Shown here one piece after another: positions 40,040-56,678 of a stretch of 64,000 nucleotides of DNA. The translations under genes were made by a program, and so were the position numbers. The notes under the pieces are model-generated. The model saw nothing but the letters and a program-made list of their open reading frames with translations. It did no database searches and had not been told where the DNA came from. Origin of the DNA: Octopus vulgaris (Eukaryota); contig OX597821.1 of NCBI GenBank assembly GCA_951406725.2, forward strand, positions 69,378,001 through 69,442,000. Reading direction: 5' to 3'. Each line of letters starts with the position of its first letter. The stretch's first letter is position 1.

Positions 40040-41027
40040 AACAGTTCTAGATACTACGTTGGATACGATGGTTGTTCGTCTGGTATGTTGATTTTGTTCA
40101 TTCATTATAAATCTTGAATTATGCTTGCACTGATGAATAAAGAGTGCACGCCACTACACTGATTACGAAATCACAGGTGATCTGCAGCTGAATTCTGTTT
40201 TTAAATGACTTGCTTCAAGAGTTGCATTCGGTACGATATGTTTATTTATTTTAGTAGTTTTGTCTTTAAGAGTCCCTCCTAGAGTGTGGCATTTTTGTGT
40301 ATTAATGCCCTCTATATAATATTTAAAAAAAATTATTTAAGTGAAGAAATTGGTGGATTTTTTCTCTTATGAGGTTTTTCACGCTAACTACTTGATAAAT
40401 TCTTATGAAGATTTTATCCTATTTTTAAATTATAAATTTAACCGGAGTATATTCTACACTGAATTTTTATTCCGAATAAGCATGTTGTTGCCAACAGTTC
40501 TAGATACTACGTTGGATACGATAGTTGTTCGTCTGGTATGTTGATTTTGTTTATTCATTATAAATCTTGAATTATGCTTGCTCTGATGAGTAAAGAGTGC
40601 TCGCCACTGCACTGATTACGAAATCACAGGTGATCTGCAGCTGAATTCTGTTTTTAAATGACTTGCTTCGAGAATTGCATTCGGTACGATGTGTTTATTT
40701 ATTTTAGTAGTTTTGTCTTTAAGAGTCCCTCCTAGCGTGTGGCATTTTTGTGTAATAAAGCCCTCTATATAATATTTAAAAAAAAATATTTAAGTGAAGA
40801 AATTGGTGGATTTTTTCTCTTATGAGGTTTTTCACGCTAACTACTTGATAAATTCTTATGAAGATTTTATCCTATTTTTAAATTATAAATTTAACCGGAG
40901 TATATTCTATACTGAATTTTTATTCCGAATAAGCATGTTCTTGCCAACAGTTCTAGATACTACGTTGGATACGATAGTTGTTCGTCTGGTATGTTGATTT
41001 TTTTCATTCATTATAAATCTTGAATTA
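40040..41027 (+). mobile_element. Tandem array of 453-bp units (2.2 copies) with hammerhead ribozymes; retrozyme-like
   Basis: Units start 40040, 40493, 40946; followed by (GATA)n; hammerheads at 40123-40188 and 40576-40641. Confidence 0.85.
40576..40641 (+). ncRNA. Type I hammerhead ribozyme (copy 2; copy 1 at 40123-40188)
   Basis: GCTTGC(A/T)-CTGATGA-[GTAA..AGTGC..GCACT..TTAC]-GAAA-TCAC(AG)GTGA-TC/TGCAGC; AUC site after 40635 (40182 in copy 1). Confidence 0.8.
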
Positions 41028-41060
41028 GATAGATAGATGGATGGATCGATAGATAAGTGA

Positions 41061-41091
<31 letters not shown>

Positions 41092-41137
41092 TACAATATA
41101 TATATCATACATATACAAATGTGTATCGTCGTCGTGG

Positions 41138-41482
<345 letters not shown>

Positions 41483-43255
41483 GCGTCTGGCAGGTTATTT
41501 ATCAGTCTGTCTGTATGTATGCATGTATGTATAAGACTTCGACCGGTCTTAGACCAGAACTAAAACAATCAGTATCCGGGCTATTTAACGGTAGGTTAGA
41601 GAAAGAAAAACACACACATTTAACTTTCTTTGCATTTTCTGTTTTATTTTCGATTAGTTTTCAATCTACCCTTCTCTCTTTTCATATCTTTTTTTTATTC
41701 ATAGTATTTTTTTTTTAGTTTTAAATTTCATTATATTTTGTTTTATGTTTATTTATTGTCAATCTAAATAAGACCAGCTGCTTCTGGAATACGTTGGTTG
41801 GACAGACATTTTAGTAATGAAATGGAAGAGATGAAGAAGAAGAAGAAGAAGAAGAAGAAGAAGAAGAAGAAGAAGAAGAAGAAGAAGAAGAAGAAGAAGA
41901 AGAAGAAGAAGAAGAAGAAGAAGAAGAAGGGGAAAATGAAGACGTGAAAGTGGTGGATGGGGAGGAGAGTAGTATGTATGTATGTATGTATGTATGTATG
42001 TATGTGTATGTATGTATGTAACTTCGACCGATCTCAAACCAGTACAACGACAATCTGCATAGTAGTAATAGAGGGAGGCAGAAACCAAAAAAGAAGGTGA
42101 AGAAAAAAGAAGAAAAAAGGGAGAAGGAGGGGGAAGAAAAAGACGAAAAGGAATGAGGAGGAGGAAGGGGCAGAGGAAGAGAAGCGGAAGAAGAAGAAGA
42201 AGAAGAAGAAGAAGAAGAAGAAGAAGAAGAAGAAGGAGAAACGGTGCATATAATATTCCCTTTTTTTGTTGTTGTTGCTAATTGCTTTTACCTTAATTAC
42301 TTGGATTAGTTACTGAAATGCTCTGAAACCGGATTTGGCTAATTATTAAATAGACTCACGTTCGCATGTACATACGTTTTTTTTTTTGTTTTTTTTTTGC
42401 TTGTGTCTGTGCGTGTGTGTATGTGTGTGTGAGTGAGAGAGAGAGAGAGGGAGAGAAAGAGAGAGAGTGAGTGTGGAAAATGATCGAGTGAGAATATATT
42501 TATACATTATTACAAGCTGAAGTTCACTTTGTTGCTTCTGCGATTTAGACATTCCTGTAGTGTAAAGTTATTTGAAGTATTGGATAAGGTGAAGAGGTCT
42601 ACGTGCCTTTTTGGTTGGTGGTCCACGTGGAGAAAGCAATTGTTGTTGTTGTTGGTAGTGGTGGTGGTGGTGGCGGTGGTGGTGTTTAGTTCCAGGTCTG
42701 TCTTGATGGAACTGATATACGATCAGAGACGTCCTAGCCGTGGCCATCATCACGTCATTTTAGCTCAACCGACTCTACACAGAATAGCTTGCTTACCTGT
42801 TGTCGTTGTTGTTGCTGTTGTTGATCATGATGAGAAGGATGATGCTGATGCTGATACTGTCGCTGTTAATTGTAGGATTTGTATGAAAATGTTTCACGAT
42901 TGATGCTTTTCATAGATATCAATAACTGGTGTCCCTACTCTATTGAAGAGTGGGGATCTCAGGTTGTGGTTTGGAGTTTTATATCTTTATCAGTCACTAA
43001 ATCGCAAGCAATTTTAAGGAGAGCCACTCTGAATTACCAGCCAAACTCTAGGTAAAAAAAACCCTGGAAAAATGGACGGAAAGTGATAGATGGATGGATG
43101 GATGGATATAATTATAACAGCTGGCACATAATATCAAGTGGATCTTGTGAAATGTCTTCCATGCACTTGAATTTTCAACACTTCTCCAGATTATCTTAAA
43201 AATTGTAGTTCTGGTGTAGTTTTGCATGTCGATGGCGAAAACAGCATTCATTTTT

Positions 43256-43297
<42 letters not shown>

Positions 43298-43436
43298 GAG
43301 AAAAAAGCAACAAGAATGGATTAGTTTTTTTAGTACAATTGTTTCATACAAAGACAAGCTTTATTAAAAGCTGCAAATATTGCAAATACCGCATTCAAGT
43401 GAATTCATTAGAACTGACTTGAATCTTAATTGCTTT

Positions 43437-43483
<47 letters not shown>

Positions 43484-43569
43484 ATTTTATTTGTTAGGGA
43501 ATAAACATTCCGGCATAACAGGGGTTCAAATTATTCTCAATGAGAAAATATATATTTTCATTTAGAGAT

Positions 43570-47732
<4,163 letters not shown>

Positions 47733-48308
47733 TAAGACGAAGAACGCGATTCGATTGTAAGATATTTTATTAGTTGAATGATATTTCAACAGTACCTCTG
47801 TCTTTGTCAAGTTCAAAATAAGAAGTGATAAAAATTCAAGATTACAGAAATTTAAACGTAAAGTATGAACGAGAGCTACAAGCGTCTACACGTTGATGGA
47901 ATGACATCGTCAGTTTTTAGTAACAATTTTATAACAGGTGAAAAGAAAAAGATAGAAAAAAACAGAAAAAAAAGACGATAGAAAAAAGGAAAGAAAAAGA
48001 AAGAAGAATATTTAATCAAACAGTTTTGTATAAATATGATGATGTTCCCCTGCATGTAATCTTTTCACTCCCTTGCATGTAATCTTTTCACTCAGGTACC
48101 ATTAGACCCGACACCGTTTGGAAATCGGTGTTCATTCAAAGTCAGTGTTCAGCTCTGACGATACCGGTATGACTTTGAATAATGATTTTTATACTTCAGA
48201 ATTCCACCTAAACTCATCAAATTGTATTATATATCTTTGCTTTTCTTAACAAAGCCTTTATTTTTTTATATCTAATATTCATTTTCTTTGTTTTCTTTTT
48301 AATTTTAT

Positions 48309-48342
<34 letters not shown>

Positions 48343-48343
48343 T

Positions 48344-48381
<38 letters not shown>

Positions 48382-49149
48382 CTAAAATGAAATGCGCGCA
48401 CACACACACATACACACTCACGCAATGTTCTAAAACATTCCGGGGAATACAATATATTTTTGCCTCTGCCGCTAGTCAATAATTTCGAGAAAAAGAACAA
48501 AAATAAAACAAAATAAAAATTTGTATTGTATGAAAGTAATGTTTTTCATTCTAAGCCTTAAATTAGATATTTTATTATTACTTTTTTTAAGGTAAATTTT
48601 TCTCTCTAAGCCTGGTCGCTTCAAAACTATATATGTATTTATTTTTAATAATATATATGATCATAATATATAAATATTAAGGCCCTTTGGCAATTTTTAC
48701 ATTACCAGACCCTCTGATACCAAAAATATATATTAAAAAAAATATGAACCCCCTCCATACACCTCACTACACATAAGCATACATGCATACATACATACAT
48801 ACATACATACATATACTTACATACATCCACATATGTGTGTGTGTGTATTATACACACATACACACATATATGCATATATATTTATAGCTACCAATCATCT
48901 ATTTATCTATGTTTCAAATATATATATATATATATATAATATATAAAATATAGGTTATATTTAAGATCAAAGAATAGATACGGAACTTTAAAATGTAGAA
49001 TCCAAACTTTGTTTTCGGTATGTCTCTAGTACTGTGCCTTGAGAGCACGTTTACCACCTACAGCTACCAAGCTCATACGCGATGCTGCACTTTAGTCGCA
49101 GGATCTACATAAGGAATTCCTCGGTGCGCGTTTAGTATATTTTGAATAA

Positions 49150-49939
49150 TTGATAGGAAAGACAACTCGGCAACGGGCCCTGGTGGATTCCCTGCAATCC
49201 TCCTAAATAAATGTAAAAGAGCTGTAGCTAGACCGCTTCAAATCTTTTTCCAGGAGTCCCTCAGGATGGGGAAACTCCCCCCAAAAACGAAAAGAGGGAA
49301 TAATATGCCCTATCCATAAGGGAAGAAGCAGGACTACTGCTCTCAGCTATGGTCGCCTTATACTACAAGGACGGTAGCAGAGCTTGAAGCAGTCCAACGA
49401 CGTTACACAAAGAAAATTGCATCAATGGAACGATTGAGCTACTGGGATAGATTGACAGAGCTACGACTCTATTCCCTTGAACGAAGGCGGGTGAGGTATG
49501 CAGTGATATATATATATATATGGAAGATACTGGAAGGACTGGTACCAAACTTTGGAACAAAGAGCTATACCAGACAAAGAACAGGACGTCACTGTGTTGT
49601 CCCCCACTGTGCCGACTGCTTCATCTCGGGCAAAGACGATGTACTGCAATAGCTTGGGTTTCAAGGGCCCACAGCTGTTTAACTGTCTGCCGAAGCATCT
49701 GAGGATCCTCCATGGAGTGAATGTAGACGTTTTCAAACGTGAACTTGACCTCTGGCTCGCCGAGATCTCGGGTGAGCCAATATCTAAGCAAGAAACTCAA
49801 AAGAGGGCAGTAGCATTGAACTCCATCCTTCCCCAAAAGCCGATCCGACAAAGGTGGAAAGTGGAAAGATGATTACAATGGCGGTGCTCCAGCATGGCCA
49901 CAGTCATTGGACTGAAACGTATAAAAGAATAAAAGAATA
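49150..49939 (+). mobile_element. CR1/L2-group LINE fragment with internal deletion and intact 3' end
   Basis: GPGGFPAILLNKCK..ARPLQIFF...IICPIHKG joined to QLWSPY...LEAVQRRYTKKI...LSYWDRLTELRLYSLERRR; ends GGTGCTCCAGCATGGCCACAGTC...(AAAAGAAT)2. Confidence 0.8.
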
Positions 49940-49989
49940 TGTGTGTGTGTGTGTATTTACGACTCTCACTTTATATATATATTTATTTT

Positions 49990-50126
49990 CTCTCCCTGTT
50001 TTTTTTCTGTGTTCCTTTCTGTCGAAGAGCATAGGCTCGAAACGTTAAAGACTTTTCCACATCCCGAGCGTTATACTAATACATCTATTTGTTGTCCACA
50101 CCACCTGTCCTCGTCTTTTGTTTTTA
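49990..50126 (+). mobile_element. Penelope pLTR-like short repeat with variant minimal hammerhead (50015-50050)
   Basis: CTTT-CTGTCGA-A-GAGC(ATAG)GCTC-GAAA-CG-TT/AAAG; relatives at about 59085-59225(-) and 61278-61466. Confidence 0.6.
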
Positions 50127-50777
50127 TACTATCGGGGCTATTTTTAGCACTAGAGTTATCCACATAGTGGTTAACTCTCTAATAATTTATGTATAAATTT
50201 GTATTTTCTCCGTAGTTTTTTTGTGCTAAGCCACTCGGTGTTAAATTAATGGTATTGTTAAATTAATATCAATTTTTCACCCTCTTTTATAAATTTATAA
50301 ATTTAATTATGCAGCAGTAAATATTTTATTTGATGCAGCATACGTTTCCAAAGAGTCTTGGCATGCTTTTGGCGGGGAATTTGAGGCATAACTAAAAATG
50401 CAATTCGTTAAATCGCACGTATTTTTGACGCTCGTGTCGGTCTAATTAATTGTATTTAAGACAAACCTCTGTTGATGATTTATAGATGTTTATGTAAGTA
50501 AAATTACATATTACATTAGTAATGAAACAATTTGTTCAGGGTCAATCTATTTATTCGTTATATTTCACTTTCCTTCCGTTAAATGTATGTTATTTCTAAT
50601 TGGAAGCATCGTTTTCTGTGGCTGTACTATCGGGGCTATTTTTAGCACTAGAGTTATCCACATAGTGGTTAACTCTCTAATAATTTATGTATAAATTTGT
50701 ATTTTCTCCGTAGTTTTTTGTGGTAAGCCACTCGGTGTTAAATTAACGGTATTATTAAATTAATATCAATTTTTCAC

Positions 50778-50780
<3 letters not shown>
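50127..50780 (+). mobile_element. Partial tandem repeat of a 498-bp unit (1.3 copies) with hammerhead motif; retrozyme-like
   Basis: ~157-bp direct repeats 50127-50283 and 50625-50780, then (TA)n; hammerhead fold at 50467-50541 (CTCTG-TTGATGA...GAAA-CAATTTG-TT/CAGGG). Confidence 0.75.
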
Positions 50781-50842
<62 letters not shown>

Positions 50843-50852
50843 TGTGTGTGTG

Positions 50853-51000
<148 letters not shown>

Positions 51001-51001
51001 A

Positions 51002-51480
51002 AGGGCTAAAAACCACTATGTGATCAGCCATATGCTTGAAGTAATGCTTGAAGTAGATCACCTGCGATCAAAATATGTTCTCTAATAGGCAGCATTAACT
51101 GCAGTAAATTATTTTGTTTCCGGAATTTTAGCGCGCCAGAACTCAGACATTTGAAATTAACACAATGTAATCGGTGAAACTAAACACGTGTCTGTTTTTA
51201 TACGGAAAATTAGTGGTTAGTTTTACAAATTATATTACCTGTGAAACGATCGTACTGACGAGCCCTACAGACGATGGATTGCGTAAGTGATTCGTTCGTT
51301 AATAGGCGAAACCTAGGTCTGCGATTAATTCTTGTTTTTTATATAATTTTCATCTGTCTTGCGCGCATATTGTTCTGGTGTCCGCTGAATTTTTTCTCTA
51401 GAGAACATTCTTTTCTTTGTAGTTTGATCGCAGGTGATCTACTTCTAGCATATGGCTGACCACAGTGGTTTTTTAGCCCT
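51002..51480 (+). mobile_element. 479-bp element with ~58-bp inverted termini, TTAA flanks and a central hammerhead ribozyme
   Basis: TTAA|AGGGCTAAAAACCACT...CCTGCGATCAAA (51002-51072, with a 12-bp duplication) versus TTTGATCGCAGG...AGTGGTTTTTTAGCCCT|TTAA (51423-51480). Confidence 0.85.
51248..51326 (+). ncRNA. Type I minimal hammerhead ribozyme, canonical core
   Basis: GATCGTA-CTGACGA-GCC...GGC-GAAA-C(CTAG)G-TC/TGCGATT: 7-bp stem I including G.U pairs, G10.1-C11.1, palindromic loop III, GUC site after 51319. Confidence 0.88.
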
Positions 51481-51600
51481 TTAAATATACATATGTATTA
51501 GAATTTTGTCTGATTCTTCAGATTTTTGTATGCTAGGCTACTGGTTTTAAATTGATATTAATTAAATTAATATTCAATTTACCTCCCTCGTTATTTAAAT

Positions 51601-51669
<69 letters not shown>

Positions 51670-51672
51670 GTA

Positions 51673-51729
<57 letters not shown>

Positions 51730-52469
51730 GACTCTCTCTATTTCTCTCACTTTCCATACAAATATGTAGCTCATGCTCAGTGTGTGTGTGTCTGAGAGTG
51801 TGTATGTGTGTGTGATTTTAAAATATTTATGTAAAAGTTAATCTATCTTCATAGCATACTTTTCTGCTTACAAATATGATTTTTCTTACTCACACACGCG
51901 CGCGCTTGGTACAGGGTGGGGGATTGAGAATTTTAATTACAAAAATTTTCTTGTTGCTTAAATCCCATCAATGGACCACCGATCAGCATTTCATAAAATG
52001 CGTTTATCGGGAAAAATATTAAAGATATCAATACATGTAACAAAGAAACAAGCAAGATAGAAGGTGGCCGTGAAGTATGTTAGTAACAACAGCAAGATCT
52101 CCCTTAAATCACACATGTTTTCATCGAAATTGCTTATTCAGGCTGTCCATATCTTAAAAGAATGATTTATGAGGGCAGGACAGAGTTAATGAAAAAGTTT
52201 TATAATTCATAAATGAAAAAAATATATTTTATAAAAAGCATTCCCCTATCATTAGACTAGACTGTAGTGGGAAAAAAAAGAAAAAATTGAAAAATCCCCG
52301 TCAAACAGAGAAAATGCAACTTATGTGGGGGTGCTATTCCGAAAGTCCAGCAAGGCATTCTAATGCGAAATCTCTCGGGTAACGACAGGATTCTCAGCTT
52401 ACGTCATTACTTTGCTTTTCTCTCTCCTTTTTCTTTTTCTTTTTTTTCTTTTTCTCCTTTTTCCAGCAT

Positions 52470-55240
52470 GCCCGATCACAAATCCTTCTTCCTCCACCTT
52501 CACCACCACCTAAAGAAGCACCTTTCCACGCTTCCTTTCCGCTGCTTTCAACCTTCTACTAAAATTTCCCTACTGATTTTCAAAAACACGGTTCTGTAGC
52601 CACGTTTCTTTTCTTAGTCGCTGCCTTCAGCACCACCTCATCCCCAAAGGTTCCTACCTCCATTTCCACCCCACTTTCAACTCTGCTTCTACCATCCTTC
52701 CTATACTCCGTACTACTTCCTACCGCCTTATGCGTATCACCATTCGTTTTAATCTCTCCAAAATACACACCCGCGGCTGCCTTCTCCTCGCTTATTCCAC
52801 CTTTTTCTCCTCTCTTTCACTTTCCTTTACACATTGCAACTTACGCTTCATAATCCATTTAAATCCTTTTTTCCACTAGTTCCTCGCTCGTACTAAGCAA
52901 CATAAACTTCACTCACTCCTTCATTCTGTCCCACCCGATGCCATTACACCCCTCCCCCATAAACTTGCCCCTCATCTTCACCCTAACCCTTCCGTTACTC
53001 TAACCCTCCTACGTACTTACTCCTCCTCTCTCTCCTCCCAGCCTTCCACTATACCCACCACCTCTCCCACGTCTAACTCATCCACCCCTTCCCCCTTCAT
53101 TCTGTTATTACCATCCCTCCTGATCTTCTCTCTGAGGCGGAGCGCTCTCTTCTCAGTAAGGTACTGCGCTTCATCCCCCTCACTCCATTCAGTAACGAAT
53201 TTCAGACTAGTGCCGATATTCATAGCTTTGTTCGCCGCGTCAGGCTATATGCACTATTCCACAACACTCTACCTGCATCTAATGAAGAGGACTGCCTCAC
53301 CAACCTGGGCCGCCGACCATCCCAATGGACACCAGCTCCTGGCCAGTTCCAAGCATTCGATCAGTTTGCAAGCATATGCCAACGTGTTGTGGGCTGGTTT
53401 AACTTTCGCAGGCGTCCCCGATATTTTAGCATCTCCTCGCCCCTACTCTCGGCCCTTCAATTTCTCCGACACCGCAAAAACATCATCATAAAACCGGCTG
53501 ACACGGGTGGAGCCGTAGTGGTGTGGCGCGCAGATCTCTACAAAGCTGAAGCTTCCCGCCAACTTCAAGACACCTCCCTCTATTGCCCTCTGCTCTCCAT
53601 CCTCAAGTCTAACTACCAACAGACTGTGTCCTCCACTATCCATGACCTCATCTCCTCCTCCCGTCTCCCTCTCACCGCCTCTGACCTCAAAGCTCGCACT
53701 CCACGCACTCCCACTGTTTACTTCCTTCCCCAAATCCACAAGCCCAACAACCCTGGCCACCCCATCATCTCCGCCTGTAACTGCTTCATGGAATTAATCT
53801 CATAATACCTCGACTCATAATGTCCTTGCCCCTAGTGGCTTCCCTCCCCTCCTACATCCACGACACTAACCTTGCTCTCCATCTTTTCAATTCTTTCTCC
53901 TTCCCTCCTGGCCCCTCTGAACTTCTCTTCACTCTTGATATCAAGAGTCTATACCTGGTGATCCCACTCAACGAAGGACTTCTTGCACTCAAACACTTCC
54001 TAGACCTTCGATCCAGCCCCCAACTTGATACCTCCATGCTTTTTCGTCTGGCCGAACTTGTTCTCTCCCTCAACTGGTTTTCGTTTGCGAAGGATTTTTA
54101 CCAACCACGGGAATGGCCAAGGGAACGAGAATGGGCCCCAACTATGAGAAACTGTTCGTTGGCTACGTTCAGACCCAGATATTCTCATGATTCACTGCTC
54201 CCACTCCCAAACTATGCAGTCGTTATATTGTTGACTGTATCGGTGCGGCCTCACTCTCCCGCGAACAACTAGATTCCTCCCTCTCTTGTCCAATCCTTCC
54301 ATCCTGCCCTCAAATTCTCCTGCACTATTTCCAACACTTCCGTTGCATTTCTTGACATTTCGGTCAACATACACCACTCAGCTCTCACTATCGCCATCCA
54401 CTACAAGCACAACGATTCATACTCCTGCCTTAATTCCCCCTAACCCCACCCTACCCACATCAAGCTCTCCATCCCCTACTCCCACTCTGCGCAGGAATTT
54501 TGGCACTCAGTTTCGACTCATGAGTCACCACATCATCCTTCGTGGATATCCCCTCACCACTATCCACACAACCCTTGCTAGAGCACATTCGGTGGATCGT
54601 GCCTCTGCTCTCTTACTCCGCACCCGCCCCGCCGTTACCCACCCGTGTTTCCCCTCACCTACGACCCCTCCACTCTGCCCATCCAACGCACCATTCTCCG
54701 CGCCTTCCAGCGACTACAGTCCGACCCCTCCACCTCGCCCATCTTCTCCAACCTACCCCTTCCCTCCACCAAACGAGCCCACAACCTGCGTGACCTCCTG
54801 GTCCACAGTTTCTTCCTAACCCCACCGCCCAGCCTGGCTCGTTCTCCTGCTCCCGCTCACACTGCTGCACTTGCGCCACCTCTACAACGCCACCATCCCC
54901 ACAGGCACCCATCATCGTCCCTATCATCCTTTACCTGCACTTCTAGCAACGTCATTTACTGCATCTCTTGTTCTTTCTGCCCTTCTTTGTACATCTGTCA
55001 AACGGGACGCCGCTTGACCGACCGGTTTACGGAGCACCTACGAGACCTCAGACGCGGCAATGACACACCGGTCTTGCACCATTTCTGCTCTACCAGTCAT
55101 TCACTACAACACCTGTCTGTGTTCGGATTGTCTTTGTACAGGGTCCATCCGGATTTCCGCCTTCGCCGTGAACAATAATAAATCCTCTCTCTTCGCTTTG
55201 AATCACATGGGCTCAACTCCCCCTCCTCTCCGCATCTGAC
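52470..55240 (+). mobile_element. Penelope-like element (RT + GIY-YIG endonuclease), decayed
   Basis: IIIKPADTGGAVVVW, YFLPQIHKPNNPGHPIISACN, LFTLDIKSLY..IP, GTRMGPNYEKLFVG, FTCTSSNVIYCISC..C..LYICQTGRRLTDRFTEH; C-rich strand; stops and frameshifts. Confidence 0.9.
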
Positions 55241-55926
55241 TCTCCTCCTCTCTTCATCTGACACCTACTTCCTCTCTTCACTCTTACCCACCTCTCCAAT
55301 CCTTTCTTCCTCTGACACCTACTTCCTCTCTTCACTTCTACTCACCTTTTCTCTTCACTGATACCCTCTCCACTCACACCCCACAACTCAATATCCCACA
55401 TCTCACCCTCTACCCTCACACTTCCACCCTTCCCCCGATACCAAAATCGCCACCCCGCACCCCTACCAACCCCTGCACGTGTCTATGAATGAGAGAAGGA
55501 AAGAAAGAGAGAAAGGGAAGGGAGAGAGACTGAGAGAGAAAGGAACAAAGAGAAAGAAAGCTGGCAGAATAATATACAACAGCAAAGTGAGAAACACTCT
55601 GACATTCAAGGTCTTGTGCAAGAAGTTGTGGAGCATCGTACGATTCTTGGAAGAGGCGAATCACTCGCCATATCGGTATTTTCAAAGTTAAACACGCCTG
55701 TACATATTATCAGAAGAGTTAAAGCCAAGTCACTGTTATGTTTTTGCTCAGTATCAAATACTGACCACCAATTACCAGGTATGCTCGATGTTTAGAAAAT
55801 GAGTGGCTACTTACAATTTGCAAAGCGCTCGGTGCACACACACACACACACTCACTCATGCACATACACACAAACACGCACACGCACGCACACGCACACA
55901 CACACACACATACACACACACACACA

Positions 55927-55988
<62 letters not shown>

Positions 55989-56271
55989 AACATATCAGCA
56001 CACACATATATGAGGTCTCCCTCTCCAAAGATATTTCCTGCAGAAATGAATGGGAATTCATCGGTGCCTGAGCTTGTTCAATCTCTCCATCAACAGCCTA
56101 AGAGAAGAATTCCTGATGATCAGTGCTGGGGAGATATAATACTGGAACTCCTGTAACCCTAAAGACTCCTAGGCTGGTAATGAACTTGGAACAGAACGAA
56201 AGAGAACAGCGAAGGCTGTAAAAGCTACTGAGTCACGGCTAAGATACAGATCTCTATGTATGCATGTATAC

Positions 56272-56678
56272 ATTAGGTTGGAAAACAAAGTCTTGTCGCA
56301 TTTCAAAATGAAGAAAAATGAATACTTCTTTGGTCTTAATTGATACGCTGAATCAAGCTAACATTTTTTTTTCGACTTATTGATTACGTAATCACATCTA
56401 TAAGGTAAATTGTTGATTCACCGGGCTTAAATTCTTCAAGTTTCGAAGCAAAGAAACACTCAGCTTTTTACCTCGTCACAATTAAACTGTAATTTCTGAA
56501 AATGATATTTGCAATGATCTACCAAAGATCCAGTCAGCTGGAATGAGGCCAGTTGATGAAGGAGGATGAAGCAGAAATTCCCTTATTTGATGCCATTGTC
56601 TTTTCCCGAGTGACTTGGGCAATATGTGCTCTTGCCGTGTAATACCATAAAAAATAAATTCTTCATTCAATGAAACTA
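56272..56678 (-). mobile_element. Old mariner remnant, host of the Tc1 insertion (continues after 58304)
   Basis: ATTAGGTTGGAAAACAAAGTC TIR-like end; minus-strand EFLLHPPSSTGLIPADWIFGRSLQ (degenerate HPPYSPDLAPSDYHLFRSLQ) and VSLNEEFIFY (degenerate VTGDEKWILY) ending at the TA. Confidence 0.6.

Noticed and set aside
43300-43420. Minus-strand hammerhead-like CTAATGA...GAAACAATTGTA between TA tracts
   Set aside because: G5 is mutated, stem I does not pair and stem II is unclear; at best a relic.
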